Source: an uncultured bacterium
Lineage (GTDB): Bacteria; Verrucomicrobiota; Lentisphaeria; Victivallales; UBA1829
Reading direction: 5' to 3'
DNA: 64,000 nt
Assembly (NCBI GenBank): GCA_949297765.1
Contig: CASFTV010000010.1
Location: 57,305-121,304, forward strand
The notes beneath the pieces are model-generated. The model saw only the letters and a program-made list of their open reading frames with translations. It ran no database searches and had not been told where the DNA came from. Below, one piece after another: positions 1-9,227 of the stretch; positions within the stretch are counted from its first letter, which is position 1; each line of letters opens with the position of its first letter. The translations under genes were made by a program, and so were the position numbers.

Positions 1-2678
1 CGGTAGTCCTCGTCGCTCCACTTCAGGGAATCGAAGGTGATGACGACGCATGTCCCCGATTCCGCCATTTTCCGCACATTTTCCCAGACCCCTTTCCGGA
101 CCAGCGACGCATACGGGAAAACCGCAAGACGATAGGAGTTCTCCTTCAGACCGGCGAATGACCGGCAGCTCAGCGTGTCGGTCGGGAATCCGGAGAAGAG
201 CATGGCGCCGAAATAGCTCATGTAGTCCCGGTAGTTCTGCGCGGAGCTGTTCAGCATGCCGCGGAAACTCTCGAACGGATACAGGATCGCCGCCTGTCCC
301 TGCGGTCCGGCGGCTGCGAGCGCAAGAGGGGCTCCCGCTTCGATTTCCGCCTTGACTTCCGGCATGTAGTAATGCACGTTGGTGTCCCAGTGCCAGACCG
401 TGTTGCCCGAAACGCCGTGGATGATGTTCGACCAGAGCATCTGCCGGTAGTTCTCTTCGCCGAACGGCTTGTTCTCGCTGATCATCCGGTCGGAGAGGAG
501 GTAGAGATAGGAGCGGAGACCTTCGCTGTAGAACCGGGTCCCGTCCACGATCACGGTCAGGATGTTCTCTTTGCCGTAATTCAGGAGTCCGCCGATGTCG
601 AACTGATATTTTTTATCCCATCCTGCGACCGTGCCGATTTTTTTCCCGTTCAGCCAGAATTCGCCTTTCTGCGCCACGCCTTTTCCGTGGATGAGATACC
701 GCACCGTGCTGTCCAGAAAACTCTGCCGGACCACGCCCGAGGGCATGAAGAATTTGAAGCGGTAGCATCCCCATCCCTTTTGCCCCTTGAACTCCTCTGT
801 TTCGTCCCATGCGCCGGGAACCGGAATTTTCTTCCAGGAGGAGTCGTCGAAATCGACGGAGAACCATTCCGCGGGAATTTTGTTCCGGTCGGAGACCAGA
901 TTGAATTTCGCCATTCCGTGAAATTTTCCGAAACAGTTTTTCTCCATCGCTTTCGCGGAACTTCCGGACGCCGCCACGGTCGTCACGATGTTCTCCGTGT
1001 TGATGATGGGGCGCTTGATGTTGTGTGAAAGATAGTCGTGATAGAGGACGGAGTCCAGAATGCTCAGCAGCACGCTGGAGGAGTCCGCGGGCAGCCCGGC
1101 ATAGTGGAAGAAGCGGTAGCCGGTGTGGCAGAAATAGATGTCATTGACCTTGGCCGCCAGTTCCGGATCGACCGCCGCATAGCCGTCGAAATAATGGCTC
1201 TGCATCCGGCAGTCGTAGGTGAAGGGGGCATCGAAATGTTTCCGGAGCAGGCCTTTCACCCGTGCGGCTCCGGAGGCAAAATCCTCGCGCAGGAACTCCA
1301 GCCAGTCGTAATAGTTTCCCGGACGGCTGTTGTAAATATGGTTGAGAACCGAAAGCCGGGCGCTCCAGTCCATCGCCAGCTTCAGTTCTTTGAGATGGGT
1401 CGGCGCAACCTCGTCCCAGCTCCTGAAAGAGGTCCCCCAGACCTGATTGGCTTTTTCCAGCGTGCCGTATTTGGCGCGGACAAACGCGGAAAACGCCTTC
1501 AGCGGACGTTCATGGGTGGGGGTGTAGCCGGGTTCGCGCAGAATTTCATAGGTCAGCAGAGGAAGGCGGCCGAAATAGAGACGGTCGTTTTCAAATGTGC
1601 TCTCATAGAGCTTCCCCGCAGTTCCGGAATGCATGTCCAGACTCATCGAGTGATTCCCCGTGATATAGAACTCGCCGATCTCCGGATGCTTCTTCCGCAG
1701 CGGATAGAACGGAGAATACTCATACGACTGCGCAATGCACAGCTGCGGCAGCATCCGGTTGCGGAGAACTTCCGTCATGTAACTGAAGACATAGGAACGG
1801 TTTTCAAACCCGATTTCCACCTGTTTCTGCGGATTTTCGACCGCCCGGATCCCGTCTCCGTGATGCACCGCGATGTAATCATATCCGAGAAGGCCGCGAA
1901 GCCAGAGCGAATTGACCGTCCATTCCGAGCAGAGCGTTCCGAGATAGTAGTGGATTTTTCCGTTTTTGCGGAGGAAGCGTCCGTCGACTTCCAGCGTGTA
2001 GGGCGCGTCGGGGATGACACGCGCTTCGGAGGGCGGTGTCACTCGGGCCGGCGGTGGATTGATCTTCACGTCCCTGCGCACCTCCGCTTTCGGCACGGCT
2101 TTGCCCTGAAGCTGAAGAGCGATGGAACTTACACTCAGTTTCTCCGAGCCGGGCCAGTGCATGATGACAACGCCGGCATACGTTTTCTCCGAAAGAAGCT
2201 CTCTGGAAAGAGTCCATTCCATCGAAGCGTTGCGCCAGGTGCTGCTCTTCGGCAGGACAAAATCCAGCTTGATTCCGCCGCCGGCGGATGTCCGGAGCAG
2301 AACCATCTCCTTCTTCGCATTGAGTCGGAAAAAGCGGATCTGAATCATTCCGCCTCCCCGGTGGCGGACCGTCAGACGCAGTTTGCGCGGCCCGTCCTGC
2401 GGCAGTGCGAACGGCGTGTTTTCCGCCTGGATCAGTCCCTTCGGCGGAACGGCAAAGGAGAGATTCAATGTTCCGTTCTCTCCGGCATCCTTTTTCCATT
2501 CGACCGTGCCTCTGGCACCGTCGAAAAAGCCGGGATTCCAGTTCGACGCGGAACTCCCGCTTCCTTCGCGGAAGTCGCCGTTCCGGATCAGATTTTCTCC
2601 CCACTCCCCGTCGGCCGCACAGCAGAGCTGCGCCGCCAGAAGCAGGCCGGAGAGCCAGGCGTGACGAAATAAATTCAT
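1..2678 (-). CDS. Large secreted glycoside hydrolase-like protein (GH42/beta-galactosidase-like TIM barrel with N-terminal CBM-like module and GH2-type sugar-binding domain); 3' end runs off the window
   Basis: Not in the ORF track because it has no stop in the window. Manual translation from ATG 2678: signal peptide MNLFRHAWLSGLLLAAQLCCA, NLIRNGDF CBM-like start, GH42-like FVRAKYGTLEKANQVWGTSFRSWDEV, and DFDDSSWKKIPVPGAW...WLNGKKIG...LNYGKENILTVIVD (GH2 N-domain-like). The frame is still open at base 3. Confidence 0.75.
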   Translation of the reverse strand, partial: MNLFRHAWLSGLLLAAQLCCAADGEWGENLIRNGDFREGSGSSASNWNPGFFDGARGTVEWKKDAGENGTLNLSFAVPPKGLIQAENTPFALPQDGPRKLRLTVRHRGGGMIQIRFFRLNAKKEMVLLRTSAGGGIKLDFVLPKSSTWRNASMEWTLSRELLSEKTYAGVVIMHWPGSEKLSVSSIALQLQGKAVPKAEVRRDVKINPPPARVTPPSEARVIPDAPYTLEVDGRFLRKNGKIHYYLGTLCSEWTVNSLWLRGLLGYDYIAVHHGDGIRAVENPQKQVEIGFENRSYVFSYMTEVLRNRMLPQLCIAQSYEYSPFYPLRKKHPEIGEFYITGNHSMSLDMHSGTAGKLYESTFENDRLYFGRLPLLTYEILREPGYTPTHERPLKAFSAFVRAKYGTLEKANQVWGTSFRSWDEVAPTHLKELKLAMDWSARLSVLNHIYNSRPGNYYDWLEFLREDFASGAARVKGLLRKHFDAPFTYDCRMQSHYFDGYAAVDPELAAKVNDIYFCHTGYRFFHYAGLPADSSSVLLSILDSVLYHDYLSHNIKRPIINTENIVTTVAASGSSAKAMEKNCFGKFHGMAKFNLVSDRNKIPAEWFSVDFDDSSWKKIPVPGAWDETEEFKGQKGWGCYRFKFFMPSGVVRQSFLDSTVRYLIHGKGVAQKGEFWLNGKKIGTVAGWDKKYQFDIGGLLNYGKENILTVIVDGTRFYSEGLRSYLYLLSDRMISENKPFGEENYRQMLWSNIIHGVSGNTVWHWDTNVHYYMPEVKAEIEAGAPLALAAAGPQGQAAILYPFESFRGMLNSSAQNYRDYMSYFGAMLFSGFPTDTLSCRSFAGLKENSYRLAVFPYASLVRKGVWENVRKMAESGTCVVITFDSLKWSDEDY

Positions 2679-2893
2679 AGGATCAATCTCCTTCCATTCA
2701 CATGACAAACTTGAGCGGACGGGAGTTCCCTGTCCGTATTTTTTTATGAATCGCGATGCCGGGGATCTTCAGTTGCCGGCCGAGGGATTCCGGAGTTTCC
2801 CGGAGGGGGAAACTTGCCGACTTCCGGGGAGGGCGGCCGAGGGAAGACGCGTCTCCCCGGAAAGGGGTGGTGTCGGATGCCGTGATCCGGAGT

Positions 2894-3517
2894 TCAGGGC
2901 TGAGCGGGCTTTGCCGCAGGAGCTGCCGGGGCGGTCGGAACTTTATTGAACTGAAGCGAAACCGAAGAGACTTTCAGCTCCGTCTTGCTCGCCCAGGACA
3001 TGATGACGACATTTGCAAACAGATTCTGCGCAAGACGTTCCTTGGAAAGCGTCCACTCCGAAACGGTTTTCGTCCATCCTGTTCCCGGCTTCAGGACCTG
3101 CTCCAGCTTGACCGGGCTTCCGTCTTCCCGTTTGAGCCATGTGAGACCCTTGCCTTTTTCCACGGAGAAGAAACGGATCTAGATGAGTCCGCCGCCGTTG
3201 TGTTCCGTCGCAAGACGGATGCGGCGCGGCCCGTTCACCGGAAGACGGAACGGTTTGCTCTCCACCTGAATCAGTCCTTTTGCCGGTGCGGCGAATTTTA
3301 CCAGAAGGGCATTCGGATGCGCGGCGTCGCCGCCGGAAATCCGCTCGACGGATCCTTTTGCCCCGTCGAAGAATCCGGGATTCCATCCCTCCGCCGTTGT
3401 GCCGCCCTGTGCGAAGGTGCCGTTCTGGACCAGCGAGTTCTCCCACTGGGTTTCCGCCGCGGCCTGAAGGGTGAATGCCAGAGCTCCGAACAGAAGAAGT
3501 TTCTTATAAACGTTCAT
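2894..3517 (-). pseudogene. Secreted single-domain CBM-like protein interrupted by an in-frame TAG (3179-3181)
   Basis: ORFs 3179..3517 and 2894..3163 share a frame: GGGLI*IRFFSVEKGK aligns with GGGMIQIRFFRLNAKK of the downstream gene. Signal peptide present; Pro/Ala tail before TGA at 2894. Confidence 0.75.
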
Positions 3518-3571
3518 GGTGCTTTCCTTTCTTTTTGCATGTTTTTGTTTTATCGGTTGATATCCTGTTGA

Positions 3572-4231
3572 TCAGCGGAAGGTTGCCGTGTGCATGATCT
3601 TGTTCTGGAATCGGAAGAGGAATGTATTGCCCGCGGCGCAGAGAATCCAGGTCCGCAGCATGTGCGGCGCCGCGATCTCATTGCTGATTCCGATGTAGGC
3701 AACATTGAGCGCGTTGATGAACGGAGCGGGAATCTCCTCCCGGGAACCGCCCGTTTTCTCCGTCAGATACATGGTTCTGGAGGGATTCTGAATCCGGGTG
3801 ATCTTCCCGATCCATCCCGTTTCGTTCCCGAAATAGAAAAGACGGTATACCGCGTAGCCGCAGGAATTCCGCGGATGATACTCCGGATAGTAGCCGTCCT
3901 TCACAACGGCGCGGGACGGACAGTGATACACCGGTCCGCCCATCTTGCTCGACCAGCCGAGATAGGTTCCCAGTTTGCACTCCCATGTCTCCTTGTACTG
4001 AAAGAAATCAGGATTCGGAGAGTACGGCATGTAGTCCTGATTGTCCGCGCAGTACTGCTGAAGGGCAACTCCGCAGTTGCGCAGATTTCCCGCGCAGGCA
4101 ATGCTTTTTCCTTTTTCTCTTGCGCTGTTCAGCGCGGGCAGCAGCAGCGCCGCAAGAATCGCAATGATTGCAATGGAGATCAGAAGTTCGATCAGGGTGA
4201 ATTCCGAAACATGTGAAAAACGTCTTTTCAT
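3572..4231 (-). CDS. Prepilin-type N-terminal cleavage/methylation domain protein (DUF1559-like)
   Basis: [42 protein letters not shown], internal YHCPS, C-terminal H-X9-AG. Confidence 0.9.
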   Translation of the reverse strand: MKRRFSHVSEFTLIELLISIAIIAILAALLLPALNSAREKGKSIACAGNLRNCGVALQQYCADNQDYMPYSPNPDFFQYKETWECKLGTYLGWSSKMGGPVYHCPSRAVVKDGYYPEYHPRNSCGYAVYRLFYFGNETGWIGKITRIQNPSRTMYLTEKTGGSREEIPAPFINALNVAYIGISNEIAAPHMLRTWILCAAGNTFLFRFQNKIMHTATFR

Positions 4232-4342
4232 GATCCCTTTTTTCCTTTTTTCAGGGGAGGCGACGGCCTCCTGTTTGAGTTTTTCTCCACAATGTCTGGT
4301 TCGGCGGGCCGGATGCCGTGCCGAAATCCGGAAACGCGTGCA

Positions 4343-5479
4343 TCAGCTGTTTTTCATGCCGGCTCCTTGTTTCGGGTGGGAGGGCGGCGGTACGCAGCCG
4401 CAGGAACGCCCCGGAATGAAAAGCGGTGGAAGAAGAACACATTTCTTCCCTTCGGAAGGCCGGTTTTTCAGTGCATCCAGCATGGAGAGAAGCTGATCGG
4501 CCATGCCGCGGAGATCATGGCGCACTCCGGTCAGGCGCACCGGCGCAAGATCCTGAATCCATGGAAGTTCGCCGAACATGAAGAATGCGATGTCTGTCGG
4601 AATGCGGAGTCCGCGTTCCCGGACGGCTTCCAGAGCGCCGAGGACCGCACGGTCTCCGGACACCGCAAGCGCATCCATGTCCGGACAGCGCTCGAACAGC
4701 GCCCGGGCGGCATTTTTCGCATCGGCGAAACAGAACGGTTCGGATTCTCCCAGAAGACGCGGTTCAAATGCGAGGCCGAACTCTTCCATCACTTCTTTGT
4801 ATGCATCAATCACGAGATGATGTCCTGCAAATGCCGAAGTTCCGTTAATCATCCCGATCCGTTTGTATCCATGTTCGGCCAGATGCCGGATGCCGATGCG
4901 GACCTCTTCCGCGTCATCGTTTCCGACACAGGCGACCGACTCCACACCGATCGGGCGGCCCAGCACCGCAACCGGAATGTTCTTCCCCGCAAGATAGCGG
5001 AGTTCCCGGTCGCCCGGAATCAGACCGTTCAGGAAAATGCAGCCGCCGGAAAGCTCCTCCGCGCGGGCGATGAGTTTGTCGCGGATCTGTCTGGCGTCGG
5101 AGAGCACTTCCACGAGAAGGCGGTCTCCGCGTTCGGCAAGACGGCAGCTCATCTCATGGAGAATTTCCCGTCCGTAAAAATCCGCTTCCATGTGTCCGTA
5201 ATAGCAGGTGCAGAACACATGGACATCCCCGGAGACCGGGGCTTTCACCGTCTCCTTCGCGTGCGGCGAGAACTCCTGGCAGAGAAACGTTCCCGATCCC
5301 TGAATCCTCCGGAGAACCCCCTGCTGTTCCAGCGCCGCCACCGCTTCCCGCAGCGTGTTGCGCCCAACGCCGATCTGCTTGCTCAGCTCCTCTTCGACGG
5401 GGATCTTTTCTCCGATTTTCCAGGCTCCAGAGTTGATCTGCATCGTCAGAGAATGGATCGCTTTTTCACTTTTTGTCAT
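4343..5479 (-). CDS. GntR-HTH / LacI-type sugar-binding domain transcriptional regulator
   Basis: N-terminal GEKIPVEEELSKQIGVGRNTLREAVAALEQQGVLRRIQGSGTF; C-terminal periplasmic-binding-protein-like domain (RHLAEHGYKRIG, GLRIPTDIA). Confidence 0.9.
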   Translation of the reverse strand: MTKSEKAIHSLTMQINSGAWKIGEKIPVEEELSKQIGVGRNTLREAVAALEQQGVLRRIQGSGTFLCQEFSPHAKETVKAPVSGDVHVFCTCYYGHMEADFYGREILHEMSCRLAERGDRLLVEVLSDARQIRDKLIARAEELSGGCIFLNGLIPGDRELRYLAGKNIPVAVLGRPIGVESVACVGNDDAEEVRIGIRHLAEHGYKRIGMINGTSAFAGHHLVIDAYKEVMEEFGLAFEPRLLGESEPFCFADAKNAARALFERCPDMDALAVSGDRAVLGALEAVRERGLRIPTDIAFFMFGELPWIQDLAPVRLTGVRHDLRGMADQLLSMLDALKNRPSEGKKCVLLPPLFIPGRSCGCVPPPSHPKQGAGMKNS

Positions 5480-5493
5480 CGTAGGACGAATCC

Positions 5494-6210
5494 TTATTTG
5501 TCCGTTTTTTTCGTTCCGGGCAGGGCGGGTTTGACCGTTTCAGAAATTTTCTTTCCGAGTTCCTTGTTCGTTTCCGCGTTGAAATGGACACCGTCTCTCC
5601 ACTTCTTCCCGCATTCGCTGCGGTTCAGTGCCTGATAGACATCAATGACGGGAATCTGTTCCTCGGCGGCGATCCGGGCTGCCACCTTGTTCATCCGCAG
5701 CACGATGGAGTTGAAGTAGTTGTCCTTGACCGGTGTGCAGAGAATGATAAACAGTTTCGAACCCGGGTTTTTCGCTTTCAGATACTGGATCGCTTTCCGG
5801 TATGCCGACTCATATTCCGCCGGATTGGTGAACTGGCTGTGAAGCCCGTTGTTGAAGCAGATGACCGCGTGCGGAGCAAGGGAAAGAAACACTTCCAGCT
5901 CCTGAAGGTAAAGCGGATCTGTCACACAGCGCGACGAGGTCCACTGAGTGCAGTTCGCCGTTCCCCGGAGTCCCGCCGCAACCGACGGCATGTAATCCCG
6001 GCAGATCGAATCCCCGATAAACAGCGCCCGCGGAACATTCTTCGCCACAAGATTGGTCGCAAAAAACGTCGTCCACTCCATATTCTCCCGAATCCGGCTG
6101 GACCGCGGAAGCTGATAGTCGCGGAAATCCGGTTCCTTTCCGCTTTCTTTTCCACACACAGGAAGAAGGCTTCCCAGCATGCAGCATAAAAGAAGATGCC
6201 TCATTTTCAT
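5494..6210 (-). CDS. Secreted SGNH/GDSL family hydrolase (probable carbohydrate esterase)
   Basis: Blocks FIGDSI, FNNGLH, DGVH; signal peptide from ATG 6210 (the track ORF starts further upstream at 6288). Confidence 0.85.
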   Translation of the reverse strand: MKMRHLLLCCMLGSLLPVCGKESGKEPDFRDYQLPRSSRIRENMEWTTFFATNLVAKNVPRALFIGDSICRDYMPSVAAGLRGTANCTQWTSSRCVTDPLYLQELEVFLSLAPHAVICFNNGLHSQFTNPAEYESAYRKAIQYLKAKNPGSKLFIILCTPVKDNYFNSIVLRMNKVAARIAAEEQIPVIDVYQALNRSECGKKWRDGVHFNAETNKELGKKISETVKPALPGTKKTDK

Positions 6211-6575
6211 TTTTTCCGAACTCTCCTTCTGTTTGTCTCGATAAATAATGTTTTGCAGACGTTGCGGAATCATTCCTTCCTTAATCATCCTATGATAGCA
6301 TGAATTTTTGGAAAAGCAAATCTCTTTGGAAAATTTTTCCGTAAATTTTTCTTTTTTCCGGTTTTCCTCTCTTTTTGAGAGAACGGGGAAACAGCCGGAG
6401 ATCTTTTCCGGGGCCGTGACGGAATTTCCTGACGCGGTCTGCCCGGCGGGGAGGGGAACTCTTCTTCATTCATCCTTTCTCCGGAGGAAATTTTCCTGTA
6501 CCGCGGAAACGCAACGGGAAAACAATTCTTTTCCCTCCGACCGGCCCGGATCGGGAAACCGGACGGGGAAGATAC

Positions 6576-6604
6576 TTGACAAACGCCCGGGGTGGTGTTA
6601 TAGG
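6576..6604 (+). promoter_or_regulatory. Putative sigma70 promoter of the two-component operon
   Basis: TTGACA (6576-6581), 17 bp spacer, TGn-TATAGG. Confidence 0.5.
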
Positions 6605-6646
6605 TATCCAAATAATGAAGAGAACCTTAACGGCGGAACAGCAACG

Positions 6647-7333
6647 ATGAATCCGAAAATACTGCTGATTGAAGACGACAGCTCGATCTGCGACATGACC
6701 AAGATGAATCTGAATATGAACGGATTCCAGCAGGTCTTCTGCGCATCCAGCGGAGAGGAGGGGCTGACGATGGCGGCTCAGCTGCTGCCCGACCTGATTC
6801 TGCTGGACATCATGCTGCCGGGAATCGACGGACTGACGGTCTGCCGGAATCTGAAGAACACGCCGTCGCTGGCGAACGTTCCGATTATCATGCTGACCGC
6901 AAAAGGGGAGGAGAACGATATTGTCCTCGGACTGGAGATGGGGGCGGACGACTACATCACCAAGCCGTACAGCAGCAAAATCCTTGCGGCCCGCATCGCG
7001 GTCCAGCTGAGAAAGAAACAGGCTGCAGGACATGCGCCCCGGACCATTGTTCTCGGTCCGCTGTCGATCGACCTGACCGCGCACAGCGTCCGCCTGAACG
7101 GTGAACCGCTGCTCCTCACGGCGGACGAGTTCAAGACTCTGACACTTCTGGCCTCAAGTCCGGGACGGGTCTTCACCCGGAACCAGATCATCCGGGAAGT
7201 GAAGGGCGACCACTACTCCGTCACCGCGCGCGCGATCGACATGCATATTGTGAATCTGCGCCGGAAATGCGGCGACTGGGCGGACCATATTGAAACCATC
7301 CGCGGCGTCGGCTACCGGATTTCCGGAGACTGA
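6647..7333 (+). CDS. OmpR/PhoB-family response regulator
   Basis: KILLIEDD, PDLILLDIMLPG, MLTAK, GADDYITKP, winged helix ending IETIRGVGYR; ATG at 6647. Confidence 0.95.
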   Translation: MNPKILLIEDDSSICDMTKMNLNMNGFQQVFCASSGEEGLTMAAQLLPDLILLDIMLPGIDGLTVCRNLKNTPSLANVPIIMLTAKGEENDIVLGLEMGADDYITKPYSSKILAARIAVQLRKKQAAGHAPRTIVLGPLSIDLTAHSVRLNGEPLLLTADEFKTLTLLASSPGRVFTRNQIIREVKGDHYSVTARAIDMHIVNLRRKCGDWADHIETIRGVGYRISGD

Positions 7334-7338
7334 CGCGC

Positions 7339-9105
7339 ATGGCGACCACGGGAAAGGATACCGCATTTCTGTTTGTCCCCGCGATCATCGGAGGCATTAT
7401 CCTTCTTGCGATCATCCTTCTGGACATCCAGTTTTCCAACTTCCGGCAGGCGTATTTTCAGGAGGTCGCGGAGGAGACGAAACGGAACAACTCCTTTCTG
7501 GTCCGGGCGTTCCGGGATCTGCTGGAAACCGGGCAGGTCGATAAAATGCACCGCATGCTCAACAAGTATCACGGTCCGAATCCGGTGATTGTGAAGATCA
7601 TCGCCCGCGGCAAAGGGGTGATTATGGAGACGGAAGGGGTTCCGGCGTATCTTGCGGAACATGTGCGAAGACCGGAAATCAAAGGAATTTTCAAACAAAA
7701 TCATGATGAGGATGTCCTGGTCAATTTCAACCGGGCGCTGGAGTCCTTCATGATTTATCATTCCGTCCGATTCCGGGTGGGAAATCAGGATTATGTGCTG
7801 GTGACGGCTTCGAAATGCAACAGCATGACGCTGCTGATGCAGCAGACGAGACGGGCGATTCTGATTCTGACGGTTCTGGGGATTCTGTCGACGCTGGTGC
7901 TGGTCGTCTATTTCTGCTGCTGGATCCGTTCGCCGCTGAACCGGCTGTTTGCGAGCATGTCGCGGATTGCGGCAGGGGAGCTGGAGTGTCCGATCGAGGT
8001 CCCGAAAAGCGGACTGATCCGCGAGATCGGACTCTGCCTTCAGACTTTGACCGAACAGCTCAAACAGCAGATCGTCTCTCTGCAGGACGGAGCCAATGAA
8101 CGCGAAGCCGTGCTGAACGCCATGACGGAAGCGGTCCTTCTTGTCGATGCGGAGGGAAAAGTCGTGCGCTGGAACCGGACCGCGGAGGAGCTGTTCTATC
8201 CGGGACGGAAACTCCATGAACGCGGCGAACCGGAATGTCCCCCGGAATTCCGGGAATACATCGGAAAAATCGACCATGCGGTCCACACGGAAAAACGCTC
8301 GCTGCGGAGAAACGGACGGGAGTATCAGCTGCTGGTCAATGTCCTCTCGTTTTCGCGGGAGGGAAAACGCTTTTTCCTGATTTCCGCGACCGACCTTGCC
8401 GATCTCAACAAGCTGGAGGCGGCACAGCGCGAATTCATCGCGGCGATCTCCCATGAGATGAAAACTCCGCTGACCGGAATTGTCGGCGCGGTGGACGCCA
8501 TCAGCAACGGCGCGCTCGATCATGCGGAGTACAAGGAACGGTGCATCGAAACCCTGACCACGCAGTCGGAACGCCTTCATACTCTTCTGCTCAATTTCCT
8601 TACGCTGACGTCTCTGGAGAACCTGCATCCGAAATCCGAGGATGATTTCCTTCCGGTGCAGTCGTCCGCGGTTCTGCGTGGCGCGCTGGAACTCTGCCGT
8701 CCCGCGGCGGATGCGGCGGGCATCTCCATTGCCGTGGAGGAATGTGAAAATCTGGAGTTCCCCGGGGATTTCCAGCTTCTCCAGCAGGCGCTGTGCAATC
8801 TGATTTCCAATGCGGTCATCCACAGCGGAAGTTCCTCGATAGAGCTTTCCGCCGTCCGGACCGCGGAGGGAGAGATTGATTTCCGTGTCCGGGACCACGG
8901 CTGCGGAATCCCTGCCGAACACCGGGAACGGATCTTCAAACGCTTCTACCGGATCCCTTCCGGACAGAAGAAGCAGCAGGGAAGCGGAATCGGACTGGCG
9001 ATCGTGAAACATATCGCTCTCTATCATCACGGAAGTATCAAGGTCGATTCCGTTTCCGGAGGCGGATCGGAGTTCCATCTCCGGATTCCGGCTTTTTCCG
9101 CCTGA
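7339..9105 (+). CDS. PhoR-like membrane sensor histidine kinase (HAMP, PAS-like, HisKA, HATPase)
   Basis: Two TM segments, ISHEMKTPLT H-box, NLISNA N-box, DHGCGI, GSGIGLAIVKH. Confidence 0.95.
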   Translation: MATTGKDTAFLFVPAIIGGIILLAIILLDIQFSNFRQAYFQEVAEETKRNNSFLVRAFRDLLETGQVDKMHRMLNKYHGPNPVIVKIIARGKGVIMETEGVPAYLAEHVRRPEIKGIFKQNHDEDVLVNFNRALESFMIYHSVRFRVGNQDYVLVTASKCNSMTLLMQQTRRAILILTVLGILSTLVLVVYFCCWIRSPLNRLFASMSRIAAGELECPIEVPKSGLIREIGLCLQTLTEQLKQQIVSLQDGANEREAVLNAMTEAVLLVDAEGKVVRWNRTAEELFYPGRKLHERGEPECPPEFREYIGKIDHAVHTEKRSLRRNGREYQLLVNVLSFSREGKRFFLISATDLADLNKLEAAQREFIAAISHEMKTPLTGIVGAVDAISNGALDHAEYKERCIETLTTQSERLHTLLLNFLTLTSLENLHPKSEDDFLPVQSSAVLRGALELCRPAADAAGISIAVEECENLEFPGDFQLLQQALCNLISNAVIHSGSSSIELSAVRTAEGEIDFRVRDHGCGIPAEHRERIFKRFYRIPSGQKKQQGSGIGLAIVKHIALYHHGSIKVDSVSGGGSEFHLRIPAFSA

Positions 9106-9128
9106 TTGTCGTCCGGAAATCAGTATTT

Positions 9129-9179
9129 TGTCAAAATTCTGTCAAGACGGTTGTATTTGATTTTTTTTTATGCTATTTT
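9129..9179 (+). promoter_or_regulatory. Pho-box-like tandem repeat plus putative promoter of the RND operon
   Basis: TGTCAA at 9129 and 9140 (11-bp period); TTGTAT 9151, 17 bp spacer containing T9, TGc-TATTTT 9174. Confidence 0.5.
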
Positions 9180-9227
9180 ATATGTTGAATATTTCGTATT
9201 TCTTAATTCATGATGAGGATCTCAGGA

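Noticed and set aside
372-2672. Plus-strand ORFs 372..1028 and 1038..2672
   Set aside because: Shadows of the real minus-strand glycoside hydrolase, which the track missed because it runs off the window.
2700-2893. Read-through beyond TGA 2894 or a riboswitch in the GC-rich spacer (TTCCGGGGAG/CTCCCCGGAA stem)
   Set aside because: The continuation is low-complexity with no similarity to the paralogue, and I recognise no RNA motif; probably an ordinary intergenic hairpin.
6647-9105. Calling the two-component system phoB/phoR
   Set aside because: Only family-level similarity; no pst/phoU genes nearby, so no gene symbol was assigned.
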